Shown: one piece after another, positions 8,602-16,623 of the stretch | Layout: each line of letters starts with the position of its first letter | How positions within the stretch are numbered: the first letter of the stretch is position 1 | Source of the DNA: Gordonia zhenghanii | Lineage (GTDB): Bacteria > Actinomycetota > Actinomycetes > Mycobacteriales > Mycobacteriaceae | Length of the DNA stretch: 32,000 nt | Direction of reading: 5' to 3' | Assembly: GCF_021738965.1 (NCBI RefSeq) | Contig: NZ_JAKKOQ010000007.1 | Coordinates: 125,620-157,619, forward strand | Notes under the pieces: model-generated | The model's input: only the letters and a program-made list of their open reading frames with translations | Told to the model about the DNA's origin: nothing | Database searches by the model: none | Position numbers and translations under genes: made by a program

Positions 8602-9072
8602 CTACAGTGTCGAGGACTGATCCGATGGGTACAGGTCGGGCCAGAGGTTGAGGAGTGCATCGACCCTGCGCGCATAGTCATACCTTGTTCGGTATCCAAC
8701 GGGCGGGCCTGAACCGACTGAGGCGAGAGCCTCTACGACGTCTTGATAGACGATGTCTGTCGATGCAACAGTGCCCAACGTGTAGTAATAGACGCGCGGC
8801 GGTGAGTCGGAATGATCAGGGAAGACGTGCAGGATTCGCCCGGGCGGGTAGACCGCTGCATGGGGGCGCGGCTTCTTCGCAGATTGTGCGCACTCGACCA
8901 AGATCACGTGGTCTTGCTCATGAAGGCGAATGCCGTCGCCGTCTTCCCAGAACATATCGATGTACTCGTTGCCCATTTCCGCGGCGGGGTGCGCGCTGAC
9001 CTCGTTTTGATCGGCTAGCTGTTCGGCGATCAACTTCGCCTCCTCGGAGACGTTTCGCGCGCGTGGTCGCAC
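8602..9072 (-). CDS. Hypothetical protein downstream of mcrC
   Basis: 156-aa ORF on the same strand, 69 nt after the mcrC stop. No motif recognised. The start is uncertain because several internal Met codons exist. Confidence 0.45.
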   Translation of the reverse strand: MRPRARNVSEEAKLIAEQLADQNEVSAHPAAEMGNEYIDMFWEDGDGIRLHEQDHVILVECAQSAKKPRPHAAVYPPGRILHVFPDHSDSPPRVYYYTLGTVASTDIVYQDVVEALASVGSGPPVGYRTRYDYARRVDALLNLWPDLYPSDQSSTL

Positions 9073-9141
9073 GCCGTGTCAGTATCGCTGAGCAGGACCG
9101 CCTCTTTGCTTCGGGGAGCGGCCTTGGCTGATGCATTAAGG

Positions 9142-10263
9142 TCACAGACGTTTCAGGTCTTCGTGAGGAGTCGGCGTTGCCGAGGGATGCCAGTCGGCAA
9201 TTGCTTCGAGCAGTGCGGAGCGGACAGAACTCGGGGGAGCAGACAGGTCGACTTGTCTAACACGTAGCGGGAATCCAGCGAGTTCGACATCGAGGTCACG
9301 GCCGCGTGATCCGTCGACGAGTGCCCCCAACAGGAGCGCGCGGACAGTTTCCGACGAACCCGCGGCGTAAACGGACGCGTATGCGTGGATCTGTCGAACA
9401 TAGTCAGGTTTCAAGATTACCTTTCCGTACGTCGTGGTGAAGATCGGCCCAAACTTGCACTCGACGATTGTCTGGTAGCTGTCGGTTCGGATCACGACGT
9501 CCGTGTTCAGACGCGGCAGAAACGCGATGTCCTCGGGACTTCCCGTTGCCGGCCATGCTTTGCTCTCGGCTGCGACGGTGCAGCCCTGGCCGCCGACGTG
9601 GATACGGTAGAAGCTGCGGACGGCGGCTTCGAAGAGTCTCCGGAGAGCAGCCTCGTTCCGAACGACGGCAGGCAAGGAGACGTTCCCGGGCGCATGCTCC
9701 GGCGCACACATCTCCCGCACGAGCCGGCTCAGTCGGATCAACGTTCGATCGACCGAATCGAAGTGCCCGTACTGTTCCCGTGACAAGTCTGTCAGTAAGG
9801 GATCTGCTGGCGTGACGCCCGCACGTTCCAGCATCTGGGCGGTAGTCAGGCAGCGACGGCGAACAGTGGTGGAGACAGCCTGGTGCGCGGCGCGGCGCAG
9901 AGTGACGAGCATGAACCGGTACCGAGGAAGGTCGAGGGTCTGCTCACTGAATCGACACATCACGCGGCCCGACTCCATCAGCCGGTGACGCGCTGTTCCG
10001 AGGTGGTCGATCCGGCCTCGCACTCGCGTGAGCGTGTCCACCCGAGTGCGGTAGTCGACCGCGAGCATCGAGCGAACGCGCGAATCGACCTGACCGGCGA
10101 GAGTGTCTGCGAGAGCGTCGAGCAGATCATTGTCCCGCTCGCCGCTCTGCAATGACTCCTTGTCGTCGCCGGTGAGTACGTCAAGAAGGTCCGATGCGTA
10201 GAGCAGTAGGAACCAGACGCTGCGGACGTCTATGTGAGTGGATCCTTCACCCGCGGTGAACAT
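9142..10263 (-). CDS. mcrC: McrC-like nuclease subunit of a McrBC system
   Basis: The start lies 1 nt after the mcrB stop. The sequence shows LRRLFEAAVRSFY (McrC LFE.FV..f-type motif) and a C-terminal PD-(D/E)xK core LNTDVVIRTDSYQTIVECKF. Confidence 0.8.
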   Translation of the reverse strand: MFTAGEGSTHIDVRSVWFLLLYASDLLDVLTGDDKESLQSGERDNDLLDALADTLAGQVDSRVRSMLAVDYRTRVDTLTRVRGRIDHLGTARHRLMESGRVMCRFSEQTLDLPRYRFMLVTLRRAAHQAVSTTVRRRCLTTAQMLERAGVTPADPLLTDLSREQYGHFDSVDRTLIRLSRLVREMCAPEHAPGNVSLPAVVRNEAALRRLFEAAVRSFYRIHVGGQGCTVAAESKAWPATGSPEDIAFLPRLNTDVVIRTDSYQTIVECKFGPIFTTTYGKVILKPDYVRQIHAYASVYAAGSSETVRALLLGALVDGSRGRDLDVELAGFPLRVRQVDLSAPPSSVRSALLEAIADWHPSATPTPHEDLKRL

Positions 10264-10264
10264 C

Positions 10265-12052
10265 TCAGAGTTCCGTCAGCAGATCGTCAACGACGCTGCT
10301 GACGGACTCCGGATCCTCATGCCAGTACTCGCGCAGCTGCGGCTCGACCGACGACCGCACGACGGCGGTGAACCAAGAAGCGAGCTCGGTCGCCTCTAAT
10401 CCGGGAGTGAAGTATGCGTGGCCGATCCGGAACGAGGGGCCTAAGCGTGGATCCGCCGCAATCCGATCGTTCATCGCCATGATGAGAGTCCCAAGGTCGT
10501 CGACGCGTTGGGGGTCGACGCCACGGAATCGCGCGCGTAGACAGGCTCTCCACGCCTCGTTGAACTGCGGTTCGAGCTCGAAGAACGCGAACCGTCGTCG
10601 CAGTGCGAAGTCGACGAGGGCAAGTGAGCGGTCGGCAGTGTTCATGGTGCCGATCACATAGAGGTTCTCTGGAAGGAAGAACGCAAGCTCGTTCTCGCGC
10701 ATATACGTCAGCTCGAGCGCGTCAGCTTCAGTTCGCTTGCTGCGCTCCAACAGCGTGAGCATCTCGCCGAGCGCCTGCGCGGGATTCCCGCGGTTGAACT
10801 CCTCGATGACGATCACATGGGGGATGTCAGGATAGTTTCGTGCTCGCTCGGCGTGTTGGAGCAATGGCCCGTCCACGAGTGTGAGTACTCCATCGCCACC
10901 GGGCCGCCACCCGCGAACGAAGTCCTCGTACGCAGTCCCGGGGTGGAACTGGACCGCGCGGACGGCGTCATCGACCCGGCTGCCGATGAGTGCATATGCC
11001 AGGCGGCGCGCGAGCCATGTCTTTCCAGTGCCCGGAGCGCCCTGCAGGACGATGTTTCGCGTCTCATCCCAGCGCTTGATGATCGCGTGCAGTTCCGCGA
11101 CATCGTGGAAGGCTCCGTCATTGATGATCGATTCGACGGTATACCCACGATCGACGATCAACTCGGATTCCCTATCCTCGGACGGGAGATCGCTGTCGGT
11201 GTCGTCCGGCGTTTCATCCGGTTGCCAGTATGACTTGAGCGGCTTCGTGTAAAACGACGGGGTGTCGCCGGGTTCAAGTGAAAGCCACGAACGGAGCGCC
11301 GCCAGGTCGAGATCGTCGTCACCTGACCGTGGGCGTCCTGTGACTTCCGGGAAGAAGGCGTTGACTATGGCTTCCTTGTGCTGGCTTGCGACGATCGACA
11401 TAAAGTAGTTGGGATGGCCGAGGTAGGTAAGGCATTCGCGCATCGATGGCTCGGAACCTCCCGGCGCAGCCTTAACCATCGAGCGCCACTGGAGAGGTTC
11501 TCGAAACGCAGCGTCAATCTCCTCCGTGGTGAAACTCCGGACGTACCGGGCGAATTCAATGGCGACTGACAGTTGCTGGAATCGACGAATTGCGAATGCG
11601 ACTCCACCGTAGAAGACCGGGTTGTCGAACGCGGCTAGTATCTCGTCAGGAATCTCGTAGTCGATGCCGTGCAGAACGGCGTCGATGTTTGCGATCTTCG
11701 TAGCCTTGCGGAACTGCATAGTCGGCAGCATCTGCAGTAGGTAGATCTCCGCAAACAGCACTCGTGCGTCGTCGCTCACCTCAGCCAATTGCTTATCTAG
11801 CTTGTCAGAGAACGAGCCACCAGTGACATCTGGTTGATTTACGAAACTCTTGATCAGCGTGGCGATGTTTTCGTCCGTCCACGCGTCGCGATCGGTCAGT
11901 ACCGATCCGCCGTGCCGCAGGGGGTTCAGCATCATCGCCGCAGCCACGCGCAGAGGCTCTTCACTCGGACGGAAGTCGCATTGCAACGGCTCACGCTCGA
12001 TCGCCCCGCTCGTAGGCCACAGAACAGAGCCGGGGGTCTGAAAATCAGTCAT
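10265..12052 (-). CDS. mcrB: McrB-like AAA+ GTPase with a ~330-aa uncharacterised N-terminal domain
   Basis: Walker A LQGAPGTGKTW, VQFHPGTAYEDFVRGWRP, Walker B VIVIEEFNRGN, and the McrB signature GTMNTADRS. The start is placed at ATG 12052, preceded by GAGGAC 5 nt upstream. The upstream 267 codons of the 862-aa track ORF are Arg/Pro-rich noise. Confidence 0.85.
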   Translation of the reverse strand: MTDFQTPGSVLWPTSGAIEREPLQCDFRPSEEPLRVAAAMMLNPLRHGGSVLTDRDAWTDENIATLIKSFVNQPDVTGGSFSDKLDKQLAEVSDDARVLFAEIYLLQMLPTMQFRKATKIANIDAVLHGIDYEIPDEILAAFDNPVFYGGVAFAIRRFQQLSVAIEFARYVRSFTTEEIDAAFREPLQWRSMVKAAPGGSEPSMRECLTYLGHPNYFMSIVASQHKEAIVNAFFPEVTGRPRSGDDDLDLAALRSWLSLEPGDTPSFYTKPLKSYWQPDETPDDTDSDLPSEDRESELIVDRGYTVESIINDGAFHDVAELHAIIKRWDETRNIVLQGAPGTGKTWLARRLAYALIGSRVDDAVRAVQFHPGTAYEDFVRGWRPGGDGVLTLVDGPLLQHAERARNYPDIPHVIVIEEFNRGNPAQALGEMLTLLERSKRTEADALELTYMRENELAFFLPENLYVIGTMNTADRSLALVDFALRRRFAFFELEPQFNEAWRACLRARFRGVDPQRVDDLGTLIMAMNDRIAADPRLGPSFRIGHAYFTPGLEATELASWFTAVVRSSVEPQLREYWHEDPESVSSVVDDLLTEL

Positions 12053-12300
12053 TCGCGTCCTCAACTGGGAATGGGTGCCGGTGGTAGTCGGAAGGGTATC
12101 GGAGGCGAGGTGACGGGGCTCGACCTTGTTCGCCATGCGGGACGCACCGGGGCGATCGACTTGTCCGGCTCGCGGATTAAGCGGTCTGCCGGGGCACTTC
12201 GAACGAGAGCGACGACGATGCAGGATTTCGATGCACGCCGCTTTGCTCCGACGTTCACTCAGTCGCGATGGGTCTCCACTTCGACCACCAGAAGGCCGAA

Positions 12301-12801
12301 TCACCACACGTTCAGCACGGTCCGCTCGACGAGGTGCGGGCGGGCGGTGGTGAGCGTGAACTCGACCGGACCTGATCCAGTGCGGGGAGACGCCGACACC
12401 AGGTCTTGGGCGACCGGCGGAATGAGGGTGCCGGAGACGCGACCCGCCACCACACCCGACGACCCGCTGCGCAGATTGCGCCAGCGGACGATCGTGTGCA
12501 CTCGACACGGCATGCCCGCGCGGTCGGAGATGCCGAAGAAGTTGCCGCCCACGCTGACTCGCACGATTCCACGGTTGTTCTTGGGTGGCAGGTTTGGACC
12601 GGGGTAGAGGACACGTGCGGATGTGAACTGGGCGAACACTTGACCTGCACACGCTGGACCATATGCGACAGTCGGTGAGCGCAGTTCGGCGTAGCGAGGG
12701 GCGTCGGCATGCGCAGGCGCCGCGAGCATGGTGGCCGCTGCGCCAGCGACTACTGCCGCGGCGATCCCGGTTCGCATCCTTAGGTTTGAGCCTCTTGTCA
12801 T
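12301..12801 (-). CDS. Secreted hypothetical protein with a signal peptide
   Basis: The N-terminus MRTGIAAAVVAGAAATMLAAPAHA|DAP is a classic signal peptide, followed by a beta-rich body with 3 Cys. It overlaps the spurious extension of the mcrB ORF in another frame. The start is 12801 or 12777. Confidence 0.6.
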   Translation of the reverse strand: MTRGSNLRMRTGIAAAVVAGAAATMLAAPAHADAPRYAELRSPTVAYGPACAGQVFAQFTSARVLYPGPNLPPKNNRGIVRVSVGGNFFGISDRAGMPCRVHTIVRWRNLRSGSSGVVAGRVSGTLIPPVAQDLVSASPRTGSGPVEFTLTTARPHLVERTVLNVW

Positions 12802-12913
12802 CTTTGCTCCCTGGTCTCAGGTTGTCGATGACTGTCGGTGACGGACGCACCATCAGCCTGATTCCAGCGTAAGCGCGGTGTCGTCGGACGTAGACCGAAT
12901 TGCGGAGATCGAG

Positions 12914-13070
12914 GGTCTCGACTTCGCTCGACCAGCGGGGAGTCTCGACTTCGCTCGGCCGGCGAGTGGTCTCGACTCCGCTCGACCAGCGGAGGGGGCT
13001 CGGGTTCGCACGGCCAGCGAGGAGTCTCGAGTTGACTCGACCAGCGAGGGGTGGGCGCGCTCGACCAACA
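12914..13070. repeat. Tandem array (about 5-6 units, ~27-bp period) of the GGTCTCGACTYCGCTCGACCARCGG repeat family
   Basis: Near-identical units start at 12914, 12942 and 12968. Degenerate units sit at about 12997 and 13024, and a half unit at about 13056. Confidence 0.85.
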
Positions 13071-13082
13071 TGGGTGAGAGTG

Positions 13083-13475
13083 CTAGTTGCCGCGTTCTCG
13101 GATGATGCGGTCGTAGTCGCGCTTACCGGTGATCTTCAGCAGCGGGATGTCGGTGATCTGGTCGAAGGTGAGGACCGCTTCGGGGCGCGAGAGGCGTTCG
13201 ACGTCGTCCTTCGGCGGTTCGGGGATGATGATGGCGGCGTCGAGGAAGTCCCAACCGTCAATCGAGTCGTGGACCCAGCGTCGTTCGCTCTCCTCGAGTT
13301 GATGGTCCTGGGAGATGAACCAGTTTGCGATCAGGCGACGCTGACCGGGGAGCAGCGTCCAGATCTTCTGGCGATCGATCCGCGCGTGCGCCGTCGGACG
13401 CATCACGCCGATCCACTCGAGGTCGCCCGCCTGATTGAAGAACTGCCAGAAGCGCCACTTGTCTACGTCCACCAT
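13083..13475 (-). CDS. Hypothetical cytoplasmic protein
   Basis: 130-aa ORF with coding-like composition (Trp/charged-rich, not low complexity), bracketed by repeat arrays. No motif recognised. Confidence 0.55.
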   Translation of the reverse strand: MVDVDKWRFWQFFNQAGDLEWIGVMRPTAHARIDRQKIWTLLPGQRRLIANWFISQDHQLEESERRWVHDSIDGWDFLDAAIIIPEPPKDDVERLSRPEAVLTFDQITDIPLLKITGKRDYDRIIRERGN

Positions 13476-13621
13476 GGTGGGGAGCGTAGTTGGGGGTGGT
13501 GACAGTTTTGGGTCGATGCTGGGTTGGTGGGATTTCGATGCGCTCGTTCGCTTCGCTCTCTCGCTTACTCAATCAGCTACGAGGGGAGTGGGGAGAGGTT
13601 TCGCGCTGTCGGCGGTGGGCG

Positions 13622-13790
13622 GGTCTCGACTCCGCTCGACCAACGTGGGGATGAGGTTCGTTGTTTGTGCGGTGGGGGTCTCGACTCCGCTCGACCAACA
13701 ACAAAACGGGCTCGAGCAACGAGAGAGTGCGGGTCTCGACTTCGCTCGACCAACAGCGAAGGGGCTCGACCAACGACAGGGGGTCGACCG
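13622..13790. repeat. Second array of the same repeat family (3 full units plus half units)
   Basis: Full units GTCTCGACTCCGCTCGACCAAC start at about 13622, 13678 and 13732. They are interleaved with GCTCGA(C/G)CAAC half units. Confidence 0.85.
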
Positions 13791-13798
13791 GCGGCGGC

Positions 13799-14005
13799 CT
13801 ACCGCCGCCGAATGCCGCTCGCGACCAGACCGACACCGACGACCAGGCCGATGACGAGGATCGTCCAGGGGATGGCGCCGGAGTCGGTGACGTCGGGGCC
13901 GCCGGCGAGGCCCCAACCGGCGACCATCAGGGCGAGGACGCCGAGGAGGGCGAGGAACGGATTGCGGCGTCCTTCGGGAGCTTCGGTGCTCTGCTGTTCG
14001 GTCAT
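13799..14005 (-). CDS. Small two-TM membrane protein translationally coupled to the PspC-domain gene
   Basis: MTEQQSTEAPEGRRNPFLALLGVLALMVAGWGLAG...WTILVIGLVVGVGLVASGIRRR (68 aa). Its ATG overlaps the upstream stop as ATGA (14002-14005). The rest of the 287-aa track ORF is noise. Confidence 0.6.
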   Translation of the reverse strand: MTEQQSTEAPEGRRNPFLALLGVLALMVAGWGLAGGPDVTDSGAIPWTILVIGLVVGVGLVASGIRRR

Positions 14006-15270
14006 TTGCTCGTCTCCACATTGCCCATCGCGGTGTGCGCGTCGATCGTCAGGGTCGGGGTCTTCGCGTCGGGGTTGACGACGCCGTCGGCGCAGTTCAC
14101 TTCGCCGACGCCTGCAGTGCAGTTCATTCGGACTCGAAGGTCGTCGGGCAGCAGGATCTTGATCTCGCCGACGCCTTGACGGATGTCGATCGTACGGTCG
14201 CGGTCGAGGTCGCCGACGTCGCGGAGATCCAGAGTCGATGAACCGACCGTCAACTGGTATTTGTCGCGCAGATCGCTGGCGGTCGGCGGATGCCACGTCC
14301 GGTCGCCGACACCGCCTTGCGGGAAGGCGTTGCCGACTCCGGCGAGACCGGTCGTCGTGATTGCGACCGCCGCAGCGATCACAGCGATCCACGCGAGGCC
14401 TGAGCCGCCGCGGCGTCGGACGAATGCCGACACGATCAGTCCGATACCGAGGACCGCAAGAACCAGCGAGGCGATCCTGCCCGGCGTGAACCAGTCGATC
14501 CCGGCGGCGTTCGCGGCAGCACCGGCAGCACCCGTGATCACGGCCAGGCCGAGGAAGATCGGCGTCACCGGTGATCGCGGAACACGGGGTGCGGGAGGCT
14601 GCGGAGGAACGGTCGGCTCCGGGAGATCCCACGCGAACCTGGCCGTGCCCAACGGATCCCAACTCGGCGGCTCATCGGTCGGACGGTCGACAGGAACTGT
14701 CGCAACTCCGTCCGTGGCACCCTCAGCGGGTACCTGCGTCTTGGTCATCGACACGCCCTCGAACACGGGAGCCGGAGTCGCGACGTGTGCTTCGACTAAC
14801 TGGTCGGCCGACGTTCCGGCAGGCGCCTGCGGAGTCCGCTGATACAGCAGCCACCACCCGGCGGCCATCAGCAGTCCGCCGAGCAATCCGCTCGACCCCC
14901 AGAAGTTCTGCGACCCGACGACGGACACCGCGACGACCACGAGGATCGCCAACGGAATCCACCGCGCGTATCCGCCCGGCCCGCGATGGCGCATCCGCCG
15001 ACTACCGCAACCTTTGGTCCGGCCGTCGGCCGTCGCCTGCGAGGTCCGCTCGTCCTCGGCAGGAAACGCGATGGCTGCCGCGATGTACGCGATGACCCCG
15101 CTTCCGCCGAACAGTGCGGCGACCACGAACGCGACCTTCACCAGCGTCGGGTCGACGCGGTAGCGGTCGCCGATACCGACGCACACACCGGCGATGGTGT
15201 TGCCAGACCGGCGGCGCACCGGCCGGGTGTTCCACAGGTTCTGGAGAGTCGAAGCGTTCATGCCAATCAT
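14002..15270 (-). CDS. PspC-domain membrane protein with a LiaF-like C-terminal domain
   Basis: N-terminal PspC motif RRRSGNTIAGVCVGIGDRYRVDPTLVKVAFVVAALFGGSGVIAYIAAAIAFP, several TM helices, and a C-terminal beta-repeat region (STLDLRDVGDLDRDRTIDIRQGVGEIKILLPDDLRVRM...) typical of LiaF/DUF2154-type proteins. Confidence 0.8.
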   Translation of the reverse strand: MIGMNASTLQNLWNTRPVRRRSGNTIAGVCVGIGDRYRVDPTLVKVAFVVAALFGGSGVIAYIAAAIAFPAEDERTSQATADGRTKGCGSRRMRHRGPGGYARWIPLAILVVVAVSVVGSQNFWGSSGLLGGLLMAAGWWLLYQRTPQAPAGTSADQLVEAHVATPAPVFEGVSMTKTQVPAEGATDGVATVPVDRPTDEPPSWDPLGTARFAWDLPEPTVPPQPPAPRVPRSPVTPIFLGLAVITGAAGAAANAAGIDWFTPGRIASLVLAVLGIGLIVSAFVRRRGGSGLAWIAVIAAAVAITTTGLAGVGNAFPQGGVGDRTWHPPTASDLRDKYQLTVGSSTLDLRDVGDLDRDRTIDIRQGVGEIKILLPDDLRVRMNCTAGVGEVNCADGVVNPDAKTPTLTIDAHTAMGNVETSK

Positions 15271-15360
15271 CTTGTCGGCTCGGCGCCTGGAGTGAATCGG
15301 GCTAAACCCTGAGATGTTCCCTGATGTGCGGACCCGCCTGGTCGTGACACTATCGAATCA

Positions 15361-16623
15361 ATGAGATCAACGACGCGCACCGGGACTGAGCCGCGGCTGC
15401 ATCGACGCAGCGGCGGCAAGGTGATCGCCGGTGTGTGCGGCGGCGTCGCCGACCATCTCGGCGTCGACGTGTTCCGGGTCCGCGTGGTCTTCGTCGTCCT
15501 CGCCGCACTCGCGGGCGCGGGCGTCCTCGCGTACGCGCTCCTCTGGTTCTTCTGCCCGGCGGGCGACGACACGGTGCACGCCGAACCCCGCGAACGACGG
15601 CAGGCGTATGGCCTGGTGGTCATCGGCGTCATCGCGCTGGCCGTCAACGGGATGGTCGCGACGAGTGCGCCCGCGCAGTCGATGCTCGCGATCCTGTTCG
15701 TCCTCGGCGGTGCGTCGCTCGTCTGGCGCGAAGCCGACGTCACCGGGATCTCGTCGTCCCAGTCCCGCCTGATCACCTGGGTGCGCGTCGTGTTCGGCGC
15801 GCTGTTCGTGATCGCAGGTCTCGTCCTCGTGGTCGTCTCGCCGGACACGCCGCTCGCCGGCATGAACCCAATCCTGTTGGCCGTTCTCGTGACTGTGGTC
15901 GGCAGCGTCCTGCTGACCGTGCCCGTCTGGATGCGGATGCTGCGGGCTCTCAACGAAGAACGCGCCGCCCGCATCCGCACCGACGAACGCGAAGAGATCG
16001 CCTCTCACCTGCACGACTCGGTCCTCCAGACGCTCGCCCTCATCCAGAAGCAGGCCGACCGGCCCGACACCGTCGCCCGACTTGCCCGCAGCCAGGAACG
16101 GGAACTGCGGCAGTGGCTGTTCAGCGACAGAGCTCGCCCCAACGAATCGCTCGCCGCCGCGATCAGCGCTGTGGCCGTCGAGGTGGAAGACACGTACGGT
16201 CCAGAGGTCGAGACGGTGACCGTCGGCGACGTGACCGTCGACGAACTGCGCGACCCGGCCCGAGCACGGGCATGGGGCGCGCTCGTCGCCGCCGCGCGCG
16301 AAGCACTCGTCAACGCGGCGAAACACTCTGGCGCCGACAAGATCGACGTGTACTGCGAAGTGGCCGACAACGAAGTGGAAGTGTTCGTGCGCGACCGCGG
16401 CGTCGGCTTCGACCTCGACACCGTCGACCCCGACCGACAGGGCATCACCCGGTCGATCCGCGGCCGCATGGAACGCGCAGGCGGGACGGCCCATGTCACG
16501 TCGACGCCGGGACGCGGCACCAACGTCGGCCTCACCCTGCCGCGGACGCCGGAGATCGCCGCCGATCCCGAGAAGTCGCGCCCCGACAAGTCCCACGCTG
16601 AGAACGATCAGGAGATCGCATGA
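15361..16623 (+). CDS. PspC-domain sensor histidine kinase (HisKA_3/NarX-LiaS type)
   Basis: N-terminal PspC motif LHRRSGGKVIAGVCGGVADHLGVDVFRVRVVFVVLA, TM segments, the H-box EREEIASHLHDSVLQTL, and an ATPase domain (NAAKHSGA, DRGVGF, GRGT). Confidence 0.85.
   Translation: MRSTTRTGTEPRLHRRSGGKVIAGVCGGVADHLGVDVFRVRVVFVVLAALAGAGVLAYALLWFFCPAGDDTVHAEPRERRQAYGLVVIGVIALAVNGMVATSAPAQSMLAILFVLGGASLVWREADVTGISSSQSRLITWVRVVFGALFVIAGLVLVVVSPDTPLAGMNPILLAVLVTVVGSVLLTVPVWMRMLRALNEERAARIRTDEREEIASHLHDSVLQTLALIQKQADRPDTVARLARSQERELRQWLFSDRARPNESLAAAISAVAVEVEDTYGPEVETVTVGDVTVDELRDPARARAWGALVAAAREALVNAAKHSGADKIDVYCEVADNEVEVFVRDRGVGFDLDTVDPDRQGITRSIRGRMERAGGTAHVTSTPGRGTNVGLTLPRTPEIAADPEKSRPDKSHAENDQEIA

Noticed and set aside
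7056-8699. A 547-aa ORF antisense to guaA, plus several shorter ORFs overlapping guaA.
   Set aside because: guaA is unambiguous on the + strand. The antisense product is Arg/His/Asp-rich with no motifs, which is typical of stop-poor antisense frames in high-GC DNA.
10265-12853. An 862-aa ORF that would give McrB a 267-aa N-terminal extension.
   Set aside because: The extension is Arg/Pro/Ser/His-rich and low in complexity. It overlaps a better ORF in another frame (the signal-peptide protein at 12301..12801). An ATG with a GAGGAC Shine-Dalgarno sits at 12052, exactly where meaningful sequence begins.
12900-14078. Long ORFs reading through the repeat arrays (12900..13502, 13435..13854, 13524..14078, 13569..14021, and also 29340..30455 and 29276..29620).
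   Set aside because: Their 'proteins' are concatenated translations of the repeat unit (VSTSLDQR, LDFARPA, VERSRDP, SSEVET). The unit is stop-free in all six frames, so these ORFs are artefacts. Only the in-frame copies inside the kinase gene are taken as coding.
13799-14662. A 287-aa ORF overlapping the 3' half of the PspC-domain gene.
   Set aside because: Only the last 68 codons, from ATG 14005 (ATGA-coupled to the upstream stop), encode a plausible two-TM peptide. The upstream part is an Arg-rich alternative frame of the PspC-domain gene.
15367-16601. A 409-aa antisense ORF and a 388-aa alternative-frame ORF across the PspC-domain histidine kinase.
   Set aside because: Only the 15361..16623 frame carries the PspC, H-box and ATPase motifs. 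The other two frames are Arg/Gly/Asp homopolymer-like noise.
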